From contig CAVRDD010000054.1 in assembly GCA_963719715.1 (NCBI GenBank), positions 7,383 through 71,382 of the forward strand: a DNA stretch of 64,000 nt. Reading direction: 5' to 3'. The notes below the pieces were generated by a model, which did not search any database, had not been told where the DNA came from, and saw only the letters and a program-made list of their open reading frames with translations. The position numbers and the translations under genes were made by a program. Positions 18,814-28,245 of the stretch are shown here, in pieces. The DNA is from an uncultured beta proteobacterium (GTDB lineage Bacteria; Pseudomonadota; Gammaproteobacteria; Burkholderiales; JAEUMW01). Numbering within the stretch: the stretch's first letter is position 1; every line of letters starts with the position of its first letter.

Positions 18814-19704
18814 TCAGCGCCTGCGTGAGAGGACCTGTGCAACGGTTCGGCCGAACTCGCTCGGCGCCGGCACGATGGTGATATCGCAGCCGCGCAGGAA
18901 CTCGGTCTTCTCCGGTGCACTCTCGCCCGCGGTCGAGATGATGGCACCCGCGTGCCCCATGCGGCGGCCCTTCGGTGCCGTCATGCCGGCGATGTAGCCG
19001 ATCACCGGCTTGGTCATGTTCTCCTTCACCCAGAGCGCAGCCTCCACCTCCTGCGGGCCACCGATCTCGCCGATCAGGAGCACCGCGTCGGTCTCGGGAT
19101 CCTTCTCGAAAAGCCTCAGGTGGTCGAGGAAGGAGCTGCCGTTGATGGGATCGCCGCCGATGCCGACGCTGGTCGAGATGCCGATGCCGAGCGCCTTCAT
19201 CTGGGCGGCGGCTTCGTAGCCCAGCGTGCCCGAACGCGACACGATGCCGACCCGGCCTTCCTTGTAGATGTGTCCCGGCATGATGCCGAGCATCGCCTTG
19301 CCCGGGCTGATGACGCCGGCGCAGTTCGGGCCGCACACCAGCAGGCGGTTCTCCTTCGGGTAACGACGCAGGTAGCGCTTGACCCGCATCATGTCCTGCG
19401 CCGGAATGCCGTCGGTGATGCAGACGAGGAAGCGGATGCCGGCGTCGGCCGCCTCCATGATGGCGTCGGCGCAGAAAGCGGGTGCCACGAAGGTGATGCT
19501 GGCGGTCGCGCCGGTGGCGGCCACCGCTTCCTTGACGGTGTTGAACACGGGCAGACCCAGGTGCGTGCCGCCGCCCTTGCCCGGCGTGACGCCACCGACC
19601 ACGTGGGTGCCGTATTCGATCGCTTCCTTCGCGTGGAAGCTGCCCTTTTCGCCGGTGAAACCCTGGACCAGGATCCGGCTGCTCTTGTCGATGAGAATGG
19701 CCAT
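18814..19704 (-). CDS. mtkB: malate--CoA ligase (malate thiokinase) alpha subunit / SucD-like
   Basis: SucD-fold (SRSGTLGYE, catalytic-His region GHAGAIIS). The mtkB assignment rests on its mtkA-like partner and on ppc and mcl as neighbours. Confidence 0.8.
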   Translation of the reverse strand: MAILIDKSSRILVQGFTGEKGSFHAKEAIEYGTHVVGGVTPGKGGGTHLGLPVFNTVKEAVAATGATASITFVAPAFCADAIMEAADAGIRFLVCITDGIPAQDMMRVKRYLRRYPKENRLLVCGPNCAGVISPGKAMLGIMPGHIYKEGRVGIVSRSGTLGYEAAAQMKALGIGISTSVGIGGDPINGSSFLDHLRLFEKDPETDAVLLIGEIGGPQEVEAALWVKENMTKPVIGYIAGMTAPKGRRMGHAGAIISTAGESAPEKTEFLRGCDITIVPAPSEFGRTVAQVLSRRR

Positions 19705-19723
19705 GTTGGTTGTCTCCCCCCGG

Positions 19724-20890
19724 TCAGACTGCTTTGGCCGCGGCCACTGCCTTCTGGGCGGCGTCCGCCAGATCCTCGGCGACGATGAGCGGCAGTCCGC
19801 TTTCGCGCACGATTTTCTGGCCGGCTTCGACGTTCGTGCCAGCCAGGCGCACCACCACCGGCAGCTTGATGTCGAGCTCGCGGAACGCCTTCACCACGCC
19901 CTCCGCGACCCAGTCGCAGCGGTTGATGCCGGCGAAGATGTTGACCAGCACGGTCTTCACGTTCCTGTCGCCCAGCACCACGGAGAACGCGTTCTTCACG
20001 CGCTCGGCCGAGGCGCCGCCGCCGACGTCGAGAAAGTTGGCAGGGTTGCCACCGGCGAACTTGATCATGTCGAGGGTGGCCATCGCCAGGCCGGCTCCGT
20101 TGATGAGGCAGCCGATGTCGCCATCGAGGCCGACGTAGGAGAGGTCGTATTGCGCCGCCGCCACCTCGCGCGGATCCTCCTGCGACGGGTCGCGCATCGA
20201 GGCGACGTTGCGCTGGCGGAAGAGCGCGTTCTCGTCGAAGGACATCTTGGCGTCGAGTGCGAGAATGCGCTCGTCCTTCGTGATCACCATCGGATTGATC
20301 TCCAGCATGGTGGCGTCGAGCCTGCGGAAGGCGCGATAGGCGCCGAGCATGAGCTTTGTCGCTGCGGCGACCTGCTTGATGTTGAGTCCGAGCCCGAAGG
20401 CGAGCTCGCGCGCCTCGAAGGCCAGCAGCCCGACCGCTGGCTCCACCACCACCTGCAGGATCTTGTCGGGATGCGAGTGGGCGAGCTCCTCGATCTCCAT
20501 GCCGCCCTCGGACGAGGCGATGATGCGGATGCGCTCGGCCTTGCGGTCGAGCACGATGCCGAAGTAGAGCTCGCGCTCGAACGGTTCGGCGACCTCGACG
20601 TAGATGCGCTGCACCGGCTTGCCTTCCGGACCCGTCTGATTGGTGACGAGACGCGAGCCGAGCAGATTCTTCGCCGCCTCGTGCACCTCGTGGTAGGTGC
20701 GGCAGAGCTTGATGCCGCCGGCCTTGCCGCGCGCGCCGGAATGCACCTGCGCCTTCACCGCCCAGTGCCAGCCGCCGAGCTCGGTGGCGCTGTAGACCGC
20801 CTGATCGGGGCTGTACGCAGCCATGCCCCGCGGCACCGGCACGCCGAAGCCCGACAGCAGCTCCTTCGCCTGATACTCGTGAATGTTCAT
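19724..20890 (-). CDS. mtkA: malate--CoA ligase beta subunit / SucC-like
   Basis: The [12 protein letters not shown]... ATP-grasp domain. [23 protein letters not shown] and [17 protein letters not shown] match the Methylobacterium MtkA as I recall it, rather than the SucC motif NIFGGIVRCD. Confidence 0.8.
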   Translation of the reverse strand: MNIHEYQAKELLSGFGVPVPRGMAAYSPDQAVYSATELGGWHWAVKAQVHSGARGKAGGIKLCRTYHEVHEAAKNLLGSRLVTNQTGPEGKPVQRIYVEVAEPFERELYFGIVLDRKAERIRIIASSEGGMEIEELAHSHPDKILQVVVEPAVGLLAFEARELAFGLGLNIKQVAAATKLMLGAYRAFRRLDATMLEINPMVITKDERILALDAKMSFDENALFRQRNVASMRDPSQEDPREVAAAQYDLSYVGLDGDIGCLINGAGLAMATLDMIKFAGGNPANFLDVGGGASAERVKNAFSVVLGDRNVKTVLVNIFAGINRCDWVAEGVVKAFRELDIKLPVVVRLAGTNVEAGQKIVRESGLPLIVAEDLADAAQKAVAAAKAV

Positions 20891-21142
20891 TCCTCCATCT
20901 CCTCGGGTCTTCGTGCCCCGGATTGCGGCAGTGCGGTGAGCACACCCCGACCAGGATCTCTATGATTGCTCCCGACGGCGATTCTTCGCGAGCGCCAGTG
21001 CGCACACAAGTCAGGCTTTCTGATTCCATGCATAAGAGAGTCCGAATTTTTGCGAACCGCCGCGGCGGATAGGCTTGATCACGCGAGGGCTATAATTGCC
21101 TTGGCACTCGTCCCGCCCCATAACCATCCCGGAGAGAACACC

Positions 21143-22117
21143 ATGAGCTTCACCATCGTCGAGCAGGCCACGCCGCGCCTGCACCGCTCCGAGCTCGCCG
21201 TGCCCGGCTCGAACACCGCGATCTTCGCGAAGGCGGCCAAGTCCGCCGCGGATATCGTGTTCCTCGACCTGGAGGACGCGGTATCGCCGGACGACAAGGA
21301 GCAGGCGCGCAAGAACATCGTGCAGGCGCTGAACGACATGGACTGGGGCACGAAGACGATGATGGTGCGCATCAACGGCCTCGATACGCACTACATGTAT
21401 CGCGACGTGGTCGACGTGGTCGAGAACTGCCCGCGGCTCGACATGCTGCTCATCCCAAAGGTCGGCGTGCCGCAGGACGTCTACGCACTCGACATGCTGG
21501 TGACGCAGATCGAGACCGCGAAGAAGCGCACCAAGCGCCTGGGCTTCGAGGTGCTGATCGAGACCGCGCTCGGCATGGCGAACGTCGAGGCGATCGCGCA
21601 GTCGAGCAAGCGGCTAGAGGCGATGAGCTTCGGCGTGGCCGACTACGCGGCGTCGACGCGTGCCCGCACCACCGTCATCGGCGGCGTCAACCCCGACTAT
21701 GGCGTGCTCACCGACAAGAACGAGAAGGGCGAGCGCGATTACTTCTGGGCGGACCCGTGGCACGCTGCGCTAACGCGCATAATGGTGGCATGCCGCGCGT
21801 ACGGCCTGCGGCCCATCGACGGCCCGTTCGGCGACTTCGGTGACGCCGACGCCTTCATCGCGGCGGCGAAGCGCGCGGCCGTGCTCGGCTATGAAGGCAA
21901 GTGGGCGATCCACCCGTCGCAGGTTGCGCTCGCGAATCAGGTCTTCACACCTTCGGAAGCCGAAATTGGACGCGCGCGGCGCATCCTGGAGGCGATGGCA
22001 CAGGCGGCCAAGGAGGGCAAGGGTGCGGTCTCGCTCGACGGACGCCTGATCGACATCGCGAGCATCCGCATGGCCGAGGCGCTGCTCGCCAAAGCCGATA
22101 CCATCGCCAAGGCCTAG
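21143..22117 (+). CDS. mcl: L-malyl-CoA / beta-methylmalyl-CoA lyase
   Basis: MSFTIVEQATPRLHRSELAVPGSN...FLDLEDAV.PDDKEQARKNI...MMVRINGLDTHYMYRDVVD closely parallels MclA as I recall it. GGAGAG lies upstream of ATG 21143. Confidence 0.9.
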   Translation: MSFTIVEQATPRLHRSELAVPGSNTAIFAKAAKSAADIVFLDLEDAVSPDDKEQARKNIVQALNDMDWGTKTMMVRINGLDTHYMYRDVVDVVENCPRLDMLLIPKVGVPQDVYALDMLVTQIETAKKRTKRLGFEVLIETALGMANVEAIAQSSKRLEAMSFGVADYAASTRARTTVIGGVNPDYGVLTDKNEKGERDYFWADPWHAALTRIMVACRAYGLRPIDGPFGDFGDADAFIAAAKRAAVLGYEGKWAIHPSQVALANQVFTPSEAEIGRARRILEAMAQAAKEGKGAVSLDGRLIDIASIRMAEALLAKADTIAKA

Positions 22118-22187
22118 GACAGACGCATCAGGCGCCGTGTTTCCGGCGTCGACGCTGTCCGCGTAACTCGGCAGGAGGAATTTTCAA

Positions 22188-22601
22188 GTGAGAGCTTATC
22201 CCCAGAACGGCCCGGAGGCCATGGCGCGCATCATCGCGCTCGTGCTGCTCGCCGATGCCGAGCTCGACGATTCGGAGGTGGAGATGCTCGACCGCCTTGG
22301 CATCTACAAGCGCATCGACGCGACGCGCGAGACCTTCATCCGCGTCGTCCAGGAATACTTCAACGATCTGCTCCGCGACGACGCCGGTGAGCGCATCAGT
22401 CTGATCGACGGCACGCGCATGGACGCTGTCCTCGACGCGGTGGACGACCCGCAGAAACGGCTCGATCTGGCCCGCATGCTGTTCGATCTCGTCGGCACCG
22501 ACGGCGGCATTAACGACGCGGAGCTCGCTACCATGGGTCACGTGCTCGCGCGCTGGGGTTTGAGCATGGACGAGATAGAAGGGAGTTTGTCCCGCACCTG
22601 A
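22188..22601 (+). CDS. acidic helical protein, TerB-like (function uncertain)
   Basis: 137 aa. AGGAGG lies 9 nt upstream of the GTG at 22188. The ARIIALVLLADAELDDSEVEMLDRL pattern resembles TerB-type domains. Confidence 0.5.
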   Translation: MRAYPQNGPEAMARIIALVLLADAELDDSEVEMLDRLGIYKRIDATRETFIRVVQEYFNDLLRDDAGERISLIDGTRMDAVLDAVDDPQKRLDLARMLFDLVGTDGGINDAELATMGHVLARWGLSMDEIEGSLSRT

Positions 22602-22638
22602 CGGGCTGACCGTCTGGACCCAGGTTGCACCAGCTGTG

Positions 22639-23511
22639 TCAGGCGCCGGGCTGCGCGTTATTGGGGTCGCCCGGGTTGGCGTGCGGCGGTTGCGGGACGA
22701 ACGACTGGAAATCCTCGTGTCCCTGATTGACGATGCCGCAGCTGCCGTCGGGCACTTCGTTCCACGCATCGGGGAGATCGCCAAGCGGCTCCGACATGAC
22801 GAGCCGCGTGTGGTCGCTCAAGCGCCGGAACAGCGAGTTCTGCGGATAGCGCTGGCGCAGCGCCTGCACCGCCGCGGTGTAGAACAGCGAGCGCGACTGG
22901 CGTTCGCTCGAATAGCGGAACACCCACAGCTGCTCGCCATCGGTCGTCGCAACCGTCATCTGGATCGGATGCTCGACGCCGTGGCGCCACCCGGTCGCCT
23001 CGACCAGACCCACCGCACGCTCGACGGCTGCTTGCGGATCGCGGTCCAGGCCAAAGGTCAGGGCAAGGAAGAAGAGGATCTCCGAGTCGGTGGATCCCTG
23101 GATGTCCGGATACAGGGACGGCTCCACCGCGAGCACGAGATCGCGTTTGACGCGCTGGAAGTCGCGGATCGCGCCGTTGTGCATCCACAGCCAGCGGTCG
23201 TGCCGGAAGGGGTGACAGTTCGTCTGCTGGACGGGGCTGCCGGTGGAGGCGCGGATGTGCGCGAAGACCAGTGGCGATTCGATGGCGCCCGCCAGTTCGC
23301 GCAGGTTGCGATCGTTCCATATCGGCTCGATGCTGCGGAACACCGCCGGCGCGCAGCGCGCGCCGTACCAGCCGATCCCGAATCCGTCGCCGTTCGTGCT
23401 CTCGGCGCCGAGCCGCGCCCGCAGACTCTGATCGATCAGCGAATGCGCGGGCTTGTAGAGCAGATCCTCCAGAAGAATCGGCGTACCCGCATACGCAAGC
23501 CAGCGACACAT
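22639..23511 (-). CDS. class II (Ntn) glutamine amidotransferase family protein
   Basis: N-terminal MCRWLAY (catalytic Cys2), GDGFGIGWY, HNGAI. ATG 23511 was chosen within ORF 22639..23631. Confidence 0.8.
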   Translation of the reverse strand: MCRWLAYAGTPILLEDLLYKPAHSLIDQSLRARLGAESTNGDGFGIGWYGARCAPAVFRSIEPIWNDRNLRELAGAIESPLVFAHIRASTGSPVQQTNCHPFRHDRWLWMHNGAIRDFQRVKRDLVLAVEPSLYPDIQGSTDSEILFFLALTFGLDRDPQAAVERAVGLVEATGWRHGVEHPIQMTVATTDGEQLWVFRYSSERQSRSLFYTAAVQALRQRYPQNSLFRRLSDHTRLVMSEPLGDLPDAWNEVPDGSCGIVNQGHEDFQSFVPQPPHANPGDPNNAQPGA

Positions 23512-23786
23512 TCTTTTCCAATCCTCTCGCGACAATGACGGAGTGCTGAGAATCGCAACCCGGCAACGCCATAGGGCTTGAGCAGAATCTGGACCCGTCC
23601 GGAGCCGCTTCATTCCTTCGGCCGGAGCCAAGGGCTAACGTACCATGGCTGCGCGGGTCGCTCAACGGCGGAAGCTGGCCCCGTCAATGGATCGATCGGG
23701 TGAGCCTCGCTGCCCCAGCGTCTGACGCGGCTGCAAGCAGAGCGTGCGAAACGAACTTGCGGCGGGTCCGCCGGCGGGATTTCTGG

Positions 23787-25939
23787 CTACCCGCATTTCA
23801 TTTCATTGTCCGCCAGGATTCGTTCGATCTGATCCGCCTCGGGAATGCGCAGCCGGCGTGCGTCTGCCAAGGCGAGGCAAAGTAACTCGTTGGCTGAATT
23901 ACGGTCTTCCACACCTTTCCCGGCCAGCAAGGTCAGCGCAATCTTGGCCCGGCAGACGAGCAATTCGCGCACGTCGCCCAGGCGCTCGTAGACCGGGAGC
24001 TGTTCTTCGGTGCGGATGCGCAGCGCCTCGTCGAGCTCGCCGCGCGCTTGCAGGATGTCGGCGATCTTTCCCATCGTCACCGCCTTCTCGCGCACGTCGC
24101 CCAGGCGCTCGTAGACCGGGAGCTCTTCTTCGGTGCGGATGCGCAGCGCCTCGTCGAGCTCGCCGCGCGCTTGCAGGATGTCGGCGATCTTTCCCATCGT
24201 CACCGCCTTCTCGCGCACGTCGCCCAGGCGCTCGTAGACCGGGAGATCTTCTTCGGTGCGGATGCGCAGCGCCTCGTCGAGCTGCCCGCGCGAGCGCAGG
24301 ATGTCGGCGATTTTTCCCATCGTCACCGCCTTCGCGCGCACGTCGCCCAGGCGCTCGCAGACCGGCAGCTCTTCTTCGCGGCGGATGCGCAGCGCCTCGT
24401 CGAGCTCGCCGCGCGCTTGCAGGATGTCGGCGATTTTTCCCATCGTCACCGCCTTCGAGCGCACGTCGCCCAGGCGCTCGTAGACCGGGAGCTCTTCTTC
24501 GCGGCGGATGCGCAGCGCCTCGTCGAGCTCGCCGCGCGCTTGCAGGATGTCGGCGATTTGTCCCATCGTCACCGCCTTCGAGCGCACGTCGCCCAGGCGC
24601 TCGTAGACCGGGAGCTCTTCTTCGGTGCGGATGCGCAGCGCCTCGTCGAGCTCGCCGCGCGCTTGCAGGATGTCGGCGATTTGTCCCATCGTCACCGCCT
24701 TCGAGCGCACGTCGCCCAGGCGCTCGTAGACCGGGAGCTCTTCTTCGGTGCGGATGCGCAGCGCCTCGTCGAGCTCGCCGCGCGCTTGCAGGATGTCGGC
24801 GATTTGTCCCATCGTCACCGCCTTCTCGCGCACGTCGCCCAGGCGCTCGTAGACCGGGAGCTGTTCTTCGGTGCGGATGCGCAGCGCCTCGTCGAGCTCG
24901 CCGCGCGCTTGCAGGATGTCGGCGATCTTTCCCATCGTCACCGCCTTCTCGCGCACGTCGCCCAGGCGCTCGTAGACCGGGAGCTGTTCTTCGGGGCGGA
25001 TGCGCAGCGCCTCGTCGAGCTGCCCGCGCGAGCGCAGGATGTCGGCGATTTTTCCCATCGTCACCGCCTTCGAGCGCACGTCGCCCAGGCGCTCGTAGAC
25101 CGGGAGCTGTTCTTCGGTGCGGATGCGCAGCGCCTCGTCGAGCTCGCCGCGCGCTTGCAGGATGTCGGCGATCTTTCCCATCGTCACCGCCTTCTCGCGC
25201 ACGTCGCCCAGGCGCTCGTAGACCGGGAGCTCTTCTTCGGTGCGGATGCGCAGCGCCTCGTTGACGTTCCCGCGCGACAACTCCATATCAGCGATCTCGG
25301 CCCACCCATCCCAGGCGATGCCTCAGGACGTGCTCATCTTCCGAACCCAGGGAGGACGCGATCCGCGCGCGTAGTTCTCTCAATCGTTCTGCGCGTTCCT
25401 GCGCGGACAGGCGAGGGTCGACGCCGAATTCCCAGTCGCGGCGCGCCACGGGGCGAATCTCGACAGTGGTGAGTTCAGGAAATGCGATCGTATCGCTGCG
25501 CCAGTCGAAAAAGTCTGGTGCACCCGCAGTCAATGCGCCGAGGAATCGGTGAGGCACCCAGAAGACGACCGCATGTGGAACGCGCGCACGCCACTCGATG
25601 CGGCGGAGATTGAGGTTGGCCAGCAAGCGTTGAGCATGAGCACTATTGCCCAACCCCCGCTCGACGCCCACCGACCATCACAGGACCCGGCGGGGCATCC
25701 GTGAGAGTATCAGTGACTGCCTCCAGTACGTCGTCCGTATTGTCGGAGAGCTCAACGCGGTGCATAGTCGTGCCCGGCATGGAGGCGGCAAGGTTGGCGA
25801 TGAACTCGTCACGGCTGGCGGGCGCATCACAGGTGCAAATATAAAGCGAAAAGCCGCGGCTCCTTGCGATGCCGCGCCGTAGCGCGCGAAACGCCGCGCC
25901 TGCTTGCTCCAGGGGGGATTCAGCGGCGGAATCGCTCAA
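23787..25939 (-). pseudogene. N-terminal unknown domain + 11-12 x 41-aa TPR-like repeat protein (two frame disruptions; start uncertain)
   Basis: Three ORF pieces (25643..25978, 25288..25671, 23787..25286) join into one reading. The joined translation is ...GFSLYICTCDAPASRDEFIANL...GPVMV|GVERGLGNSAHAQRLLANLNLRRIEW...VVFWVP...APDFFDWRSDTIAFPE...EHVLR|IAWDGWAEIADMELSRGNVNEALRIR, followed by the repeats. Shifts lie near 25655-25680 and 25308-25330. A possible TTG start at 25939 overlaps the upstream stop. Confidence 0.6.
23968..25320 (-). repeat. tandem array of ~11 near-identical 123-bp units (coding 41-aa TPR-like repeats)
   Basis: The CGCACGTCGCCCAGGCGCTCGTAGACCGGGAG motif recurs at 23968, 24091 and 24214, and by extrapolation every 123 bp up to 25198. 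Consensus REKAVTMGKIADILQARGELDEALRIRTEEELPVYERLGDV. Confidence 0.95.
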
Positions 25940-27233
25940 GAGTGCGCAAAACCGGGTTGATCTCGTACCACATCTCACCGTTCATGTACTCGAACACGAA
26001 CAGGAGCAACAGCATCTGCTGATGGAGGTCATCCTTCGGGATGTCGGGCTGGGGATGATCGAATTTCTTGAGTGTTTTCCCCAGGCCGCATCCGGCACTT
26101 CGCGCAACAGCGCGTTGCCGTACTTGCGGATGGCTTTCTCGGCGGCCTCGCGGGTGATCGGGAGTTCGTCCAGCTCATTGCAGGCGGATTGCAGAAACAT
26201 CATCAGGTGCCGAGGGTGACCTCCGCTCATTTCGCAGAGACGGTTCAACGTTTCCTCGTCGTCGAAGGCTTCCGCTATCGACGTCTTGGCAAAACGGCAA
26301 CGGCTCTCGACCATCTCACGCATCTTGGCCATGCCGGGGGACGCTGGCGTAACTGGCTGATCGCGGTTCGGTCTCAGACGGATCATCGACACTGGCGCGT
26401 GGTGCTCGCCGATGCATTGTTCGAGCTGCCGAAGCGAGGGAGTAAATCAGCGAAATGGGCACCGTATAGATGGTGTGCGCCTTCAACGAGGCAAGCTGCT
26501 CGCTCCGATCGATGAACAGACGATCGTGTGTATTGTTGCCATTGCCGAGGTCGCGCCGCACCAGTTTGTCGAGGCCGTCTATGATCAGTACGAGACCTGA
26601 ATGGTCGGCGATGTGGGCGGCGGCCTGCGCTGAGGACAGCAGATCGTTGACTGCGTTGAGGAGCGACGTGCTGTGCTTTTCCACGGCTTCGCGCAGCAGT
26701 CCGCGCGAGTTGGGACGGTTGCGCAGTTCGGTGGTCAGCTTCCCGAAACCCGCGTCTACCTCGATTTTCTCCAATTCCACCTGGCTGCCCAGCATGCCGC
26801 GAATGTCGTCCCAGACGCGTCTGAGATAAGTCGTCACAGGGTCGAAACCACTGAGGCCAGCTTTGCTGAGCTGCTGCTGCAGCAGCGACGCGACGAAAAC
26901 CAGCAGATCGGGGAAATCCAGGTCGTTGACATCCAGTTGGTCGCTGACGTCGCCAAACACGACAAGGAAGCCGCGCTTGCTGTCGTTCGGCTCCTCAAGC
27001 AGTGCCTTCAGACGGAACAGCTCGCTCGTCTTCCCTACGCCGCGATGGCCAGTGAACAGCTTGAAGTCGGAACTGTCCGGTTTCGCTCGCCGGAGGCTCC
27101 GCGCGTAAAGCGAAACTACGTTCTCGTCGCCGCGGACCGCATCGAAATCCACCCAGCGCACGTCGTTCGGGTGCAGAGATTCCAATGGCTCGCAGGCTTG
27201 GTAGAGCCGTGTAATGGCGGGGAGGTCAGGCAT
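25920..27233 (-). pseudogene. STAND/ORC-like P-loop NTPase (two compensating frame disruptions)
   Basis: Walker A GHRGVGKTSEL; Walker B LVLIIDGLDKL; then IYTVPISLIYS|...LRQLEQCIGEHHAPVSMIRLR...; SGGHPRHLMMF (GxP-like motif); ...VPDAAW|GKTLKKFDHPQPDIPKDDLHQQMLLLLFVFEYMNGEMWYEINPVLRTLERFRR*. Shifts lie near 26425-26450 and in the TTTTCCCC run at 26075-26082. Confidence 0.65.
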
Positions 27234-27384
27234 GTCGATTGGTCCCGAATCGGCTTCTGCACATTGTAGACAAGTTGATAGCAATGCGAATGCTCCGGTC
27301 GGTGGCAGAACCGAACATTCGGCAGCCACGAGACGGGCAGCGAATGCGGGTTCAGACTAACCGTGAAAACAGGCACGAAGCCAG

Positions 27385-28150
27385 TCAGCCGCGCTCCGGA
27401 AACGCGGCTGCGACGAGCTGCGGCAACACCGCCGCCGCCGGGCCGCGCAGCGAGAATCTCGCGTGCGGCGTGAGCGGCGTCGGATCGGGATTCACTTCGA
27501 CGACGCAGCGCCCGGCGTGCAGCGCCTGAAACGGCAGCGAGGCCGCCGGCTCGACCACGGTCGAGGTGCCCACGGAAAGGAAGACTTCGCATTCTGAGGA
27601 CGCGCGCATCGCGGTACTCGAGCGCCTCTGCCGGCAGCATCTCGCCGAACCACACGACGTCTGGTCGCAGCATGCCGCCGCAATCGAGGCAGCGCGGCGG
27701 CACCACGTCGCCCGGCCAGTCGGATTCGGCGGCAACGCGGTCGCAGACGAAGCATTTCGAACGCATGATGTTGCCGTGCAGTTCGACGATGTGGCGGCTG
27801 CCGGCGCGCGCGTGCAGGCCATCGACATTCTGGGTGACGAGCAGAAACTCCGGCGCGCGCGATTCCAGCTCGACCAGCGCCCGGTGTCCCGCGTTCGGCT
27901 CCGCCTTCGCGACCAGTTCACGCCGCCATGCGTACCACTCCCACACCAGCTTCGGGTCGTGTGCGAAGGCTTCGGGCGTGGCGAGCTCTTCCGGGCGGAA
28001 GCGCGCCCAGAGACCGGTCATTGCGTCGCGGAAGGTGGGTATGCCGGATTCGGCGGAGATGCCGGCACCGGTGAGCACGACGATACGCTGCGCGCCGCGC
28101 AGTCGGTCGACCAGCGCTTCGGGTAAGGCGACTGTCGCGGCGGAAGCCAT
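27385..28150 (-). pseudogene. cobB: NAD-dependent protein deacylase, sirtuin/CobB type (one frame disruption)
   Basis: GAGISAESGIPTFRD, QNVDGLH, ELHGN, Zn-ribbon cysteines CFVC...CLDCGG. After EMLPAEALE the conserved continuation AMRASSECEVFLSVGTSTVVEPAA...VEVNP is in another frame (ORF 27385..27921). Shift near 27608-27622. Confidence 0.8.
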
Positions 28151-28165
28151 GCGTTTCCTGTGACT

Positions 28166-28199
28166 GAAAAAAAGAAGGGGCCGGCTGCCGCACGGCCCC
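28166..28199 (-). terminator. rho-independent terminator downstream of the DegP-like gene
   Basis: On the minus strand: GGGGCCG-tgcggcagc-CGGCCCC followed by TTCTTTTTTT. Confidence 0.8.
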
Positions 28200-28245
28200 G
28201 CAAGGGGAAGTATAGAACGGTGGCGGCCTTGCGGCCGGGACGGCG

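Noticed and set aside
18814-20890. Calling the pair sucC/sucD (succinyl-CoA synthetase)
   Set aside because: The beta subunit carries MtkA-like strings rather than the SucC motif. The genes are sandwiched between ppc and mcl as in serine-cycle clusters. The sucCD alternative is still noted as a possible refutation.
209-21029. Many long ORFs antisense to or overlapping real genes (e.g. 209..955, 1063..2244, 3298..4437, 5693..7297, 12250..13950, 16779..18881, 19379..20965, 19389..21029)
   Set aside because: They are typical high-GC shadow ORFs. Their translations are Arg/Ala/Gly/Pro-rich with no motifs, and each overlaps a gene with strong family signatures in another frame or strand.
23761-23795. 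Palindrome CCGCCGGCGG downstream of the TPR gene stop as a terminator
   Set aside because: It has no loop and no U-tract, and GC-rich palindromes of this size are common in this genome.
23744-25472. Long plus-strand ORFs (23744..25264, 506 aa; 24048..25472, 474 aa) across the repeat array, and the thought that the regular repeats might be a CRISPR array
   Set aside because: The units are contiguous 123-bp repeats with no unique spacers. They encode a coherent TPR-like consensus on the minus strand. The plus-strand translations are Arg/Ala/Pro-rich antisense artefacts that repeat only because the DNA repeats.
27385-28150. Interpreting the SIR2 gene as a dedicated anti-phage SIR2 effector (Thoeris/DSR/Avs5-like)
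   Set aside because: It is a compact (~255-aa) CobB-type sirtuin. It has the canonical NAD pocket and a four-Cys zinc ribbon, and no fused sensor domain. It looks like an ordinary protein deacylase. Only its position next to the NTPase/TPR pair is suggestive, and that is kept as a hypothesis in the findings.
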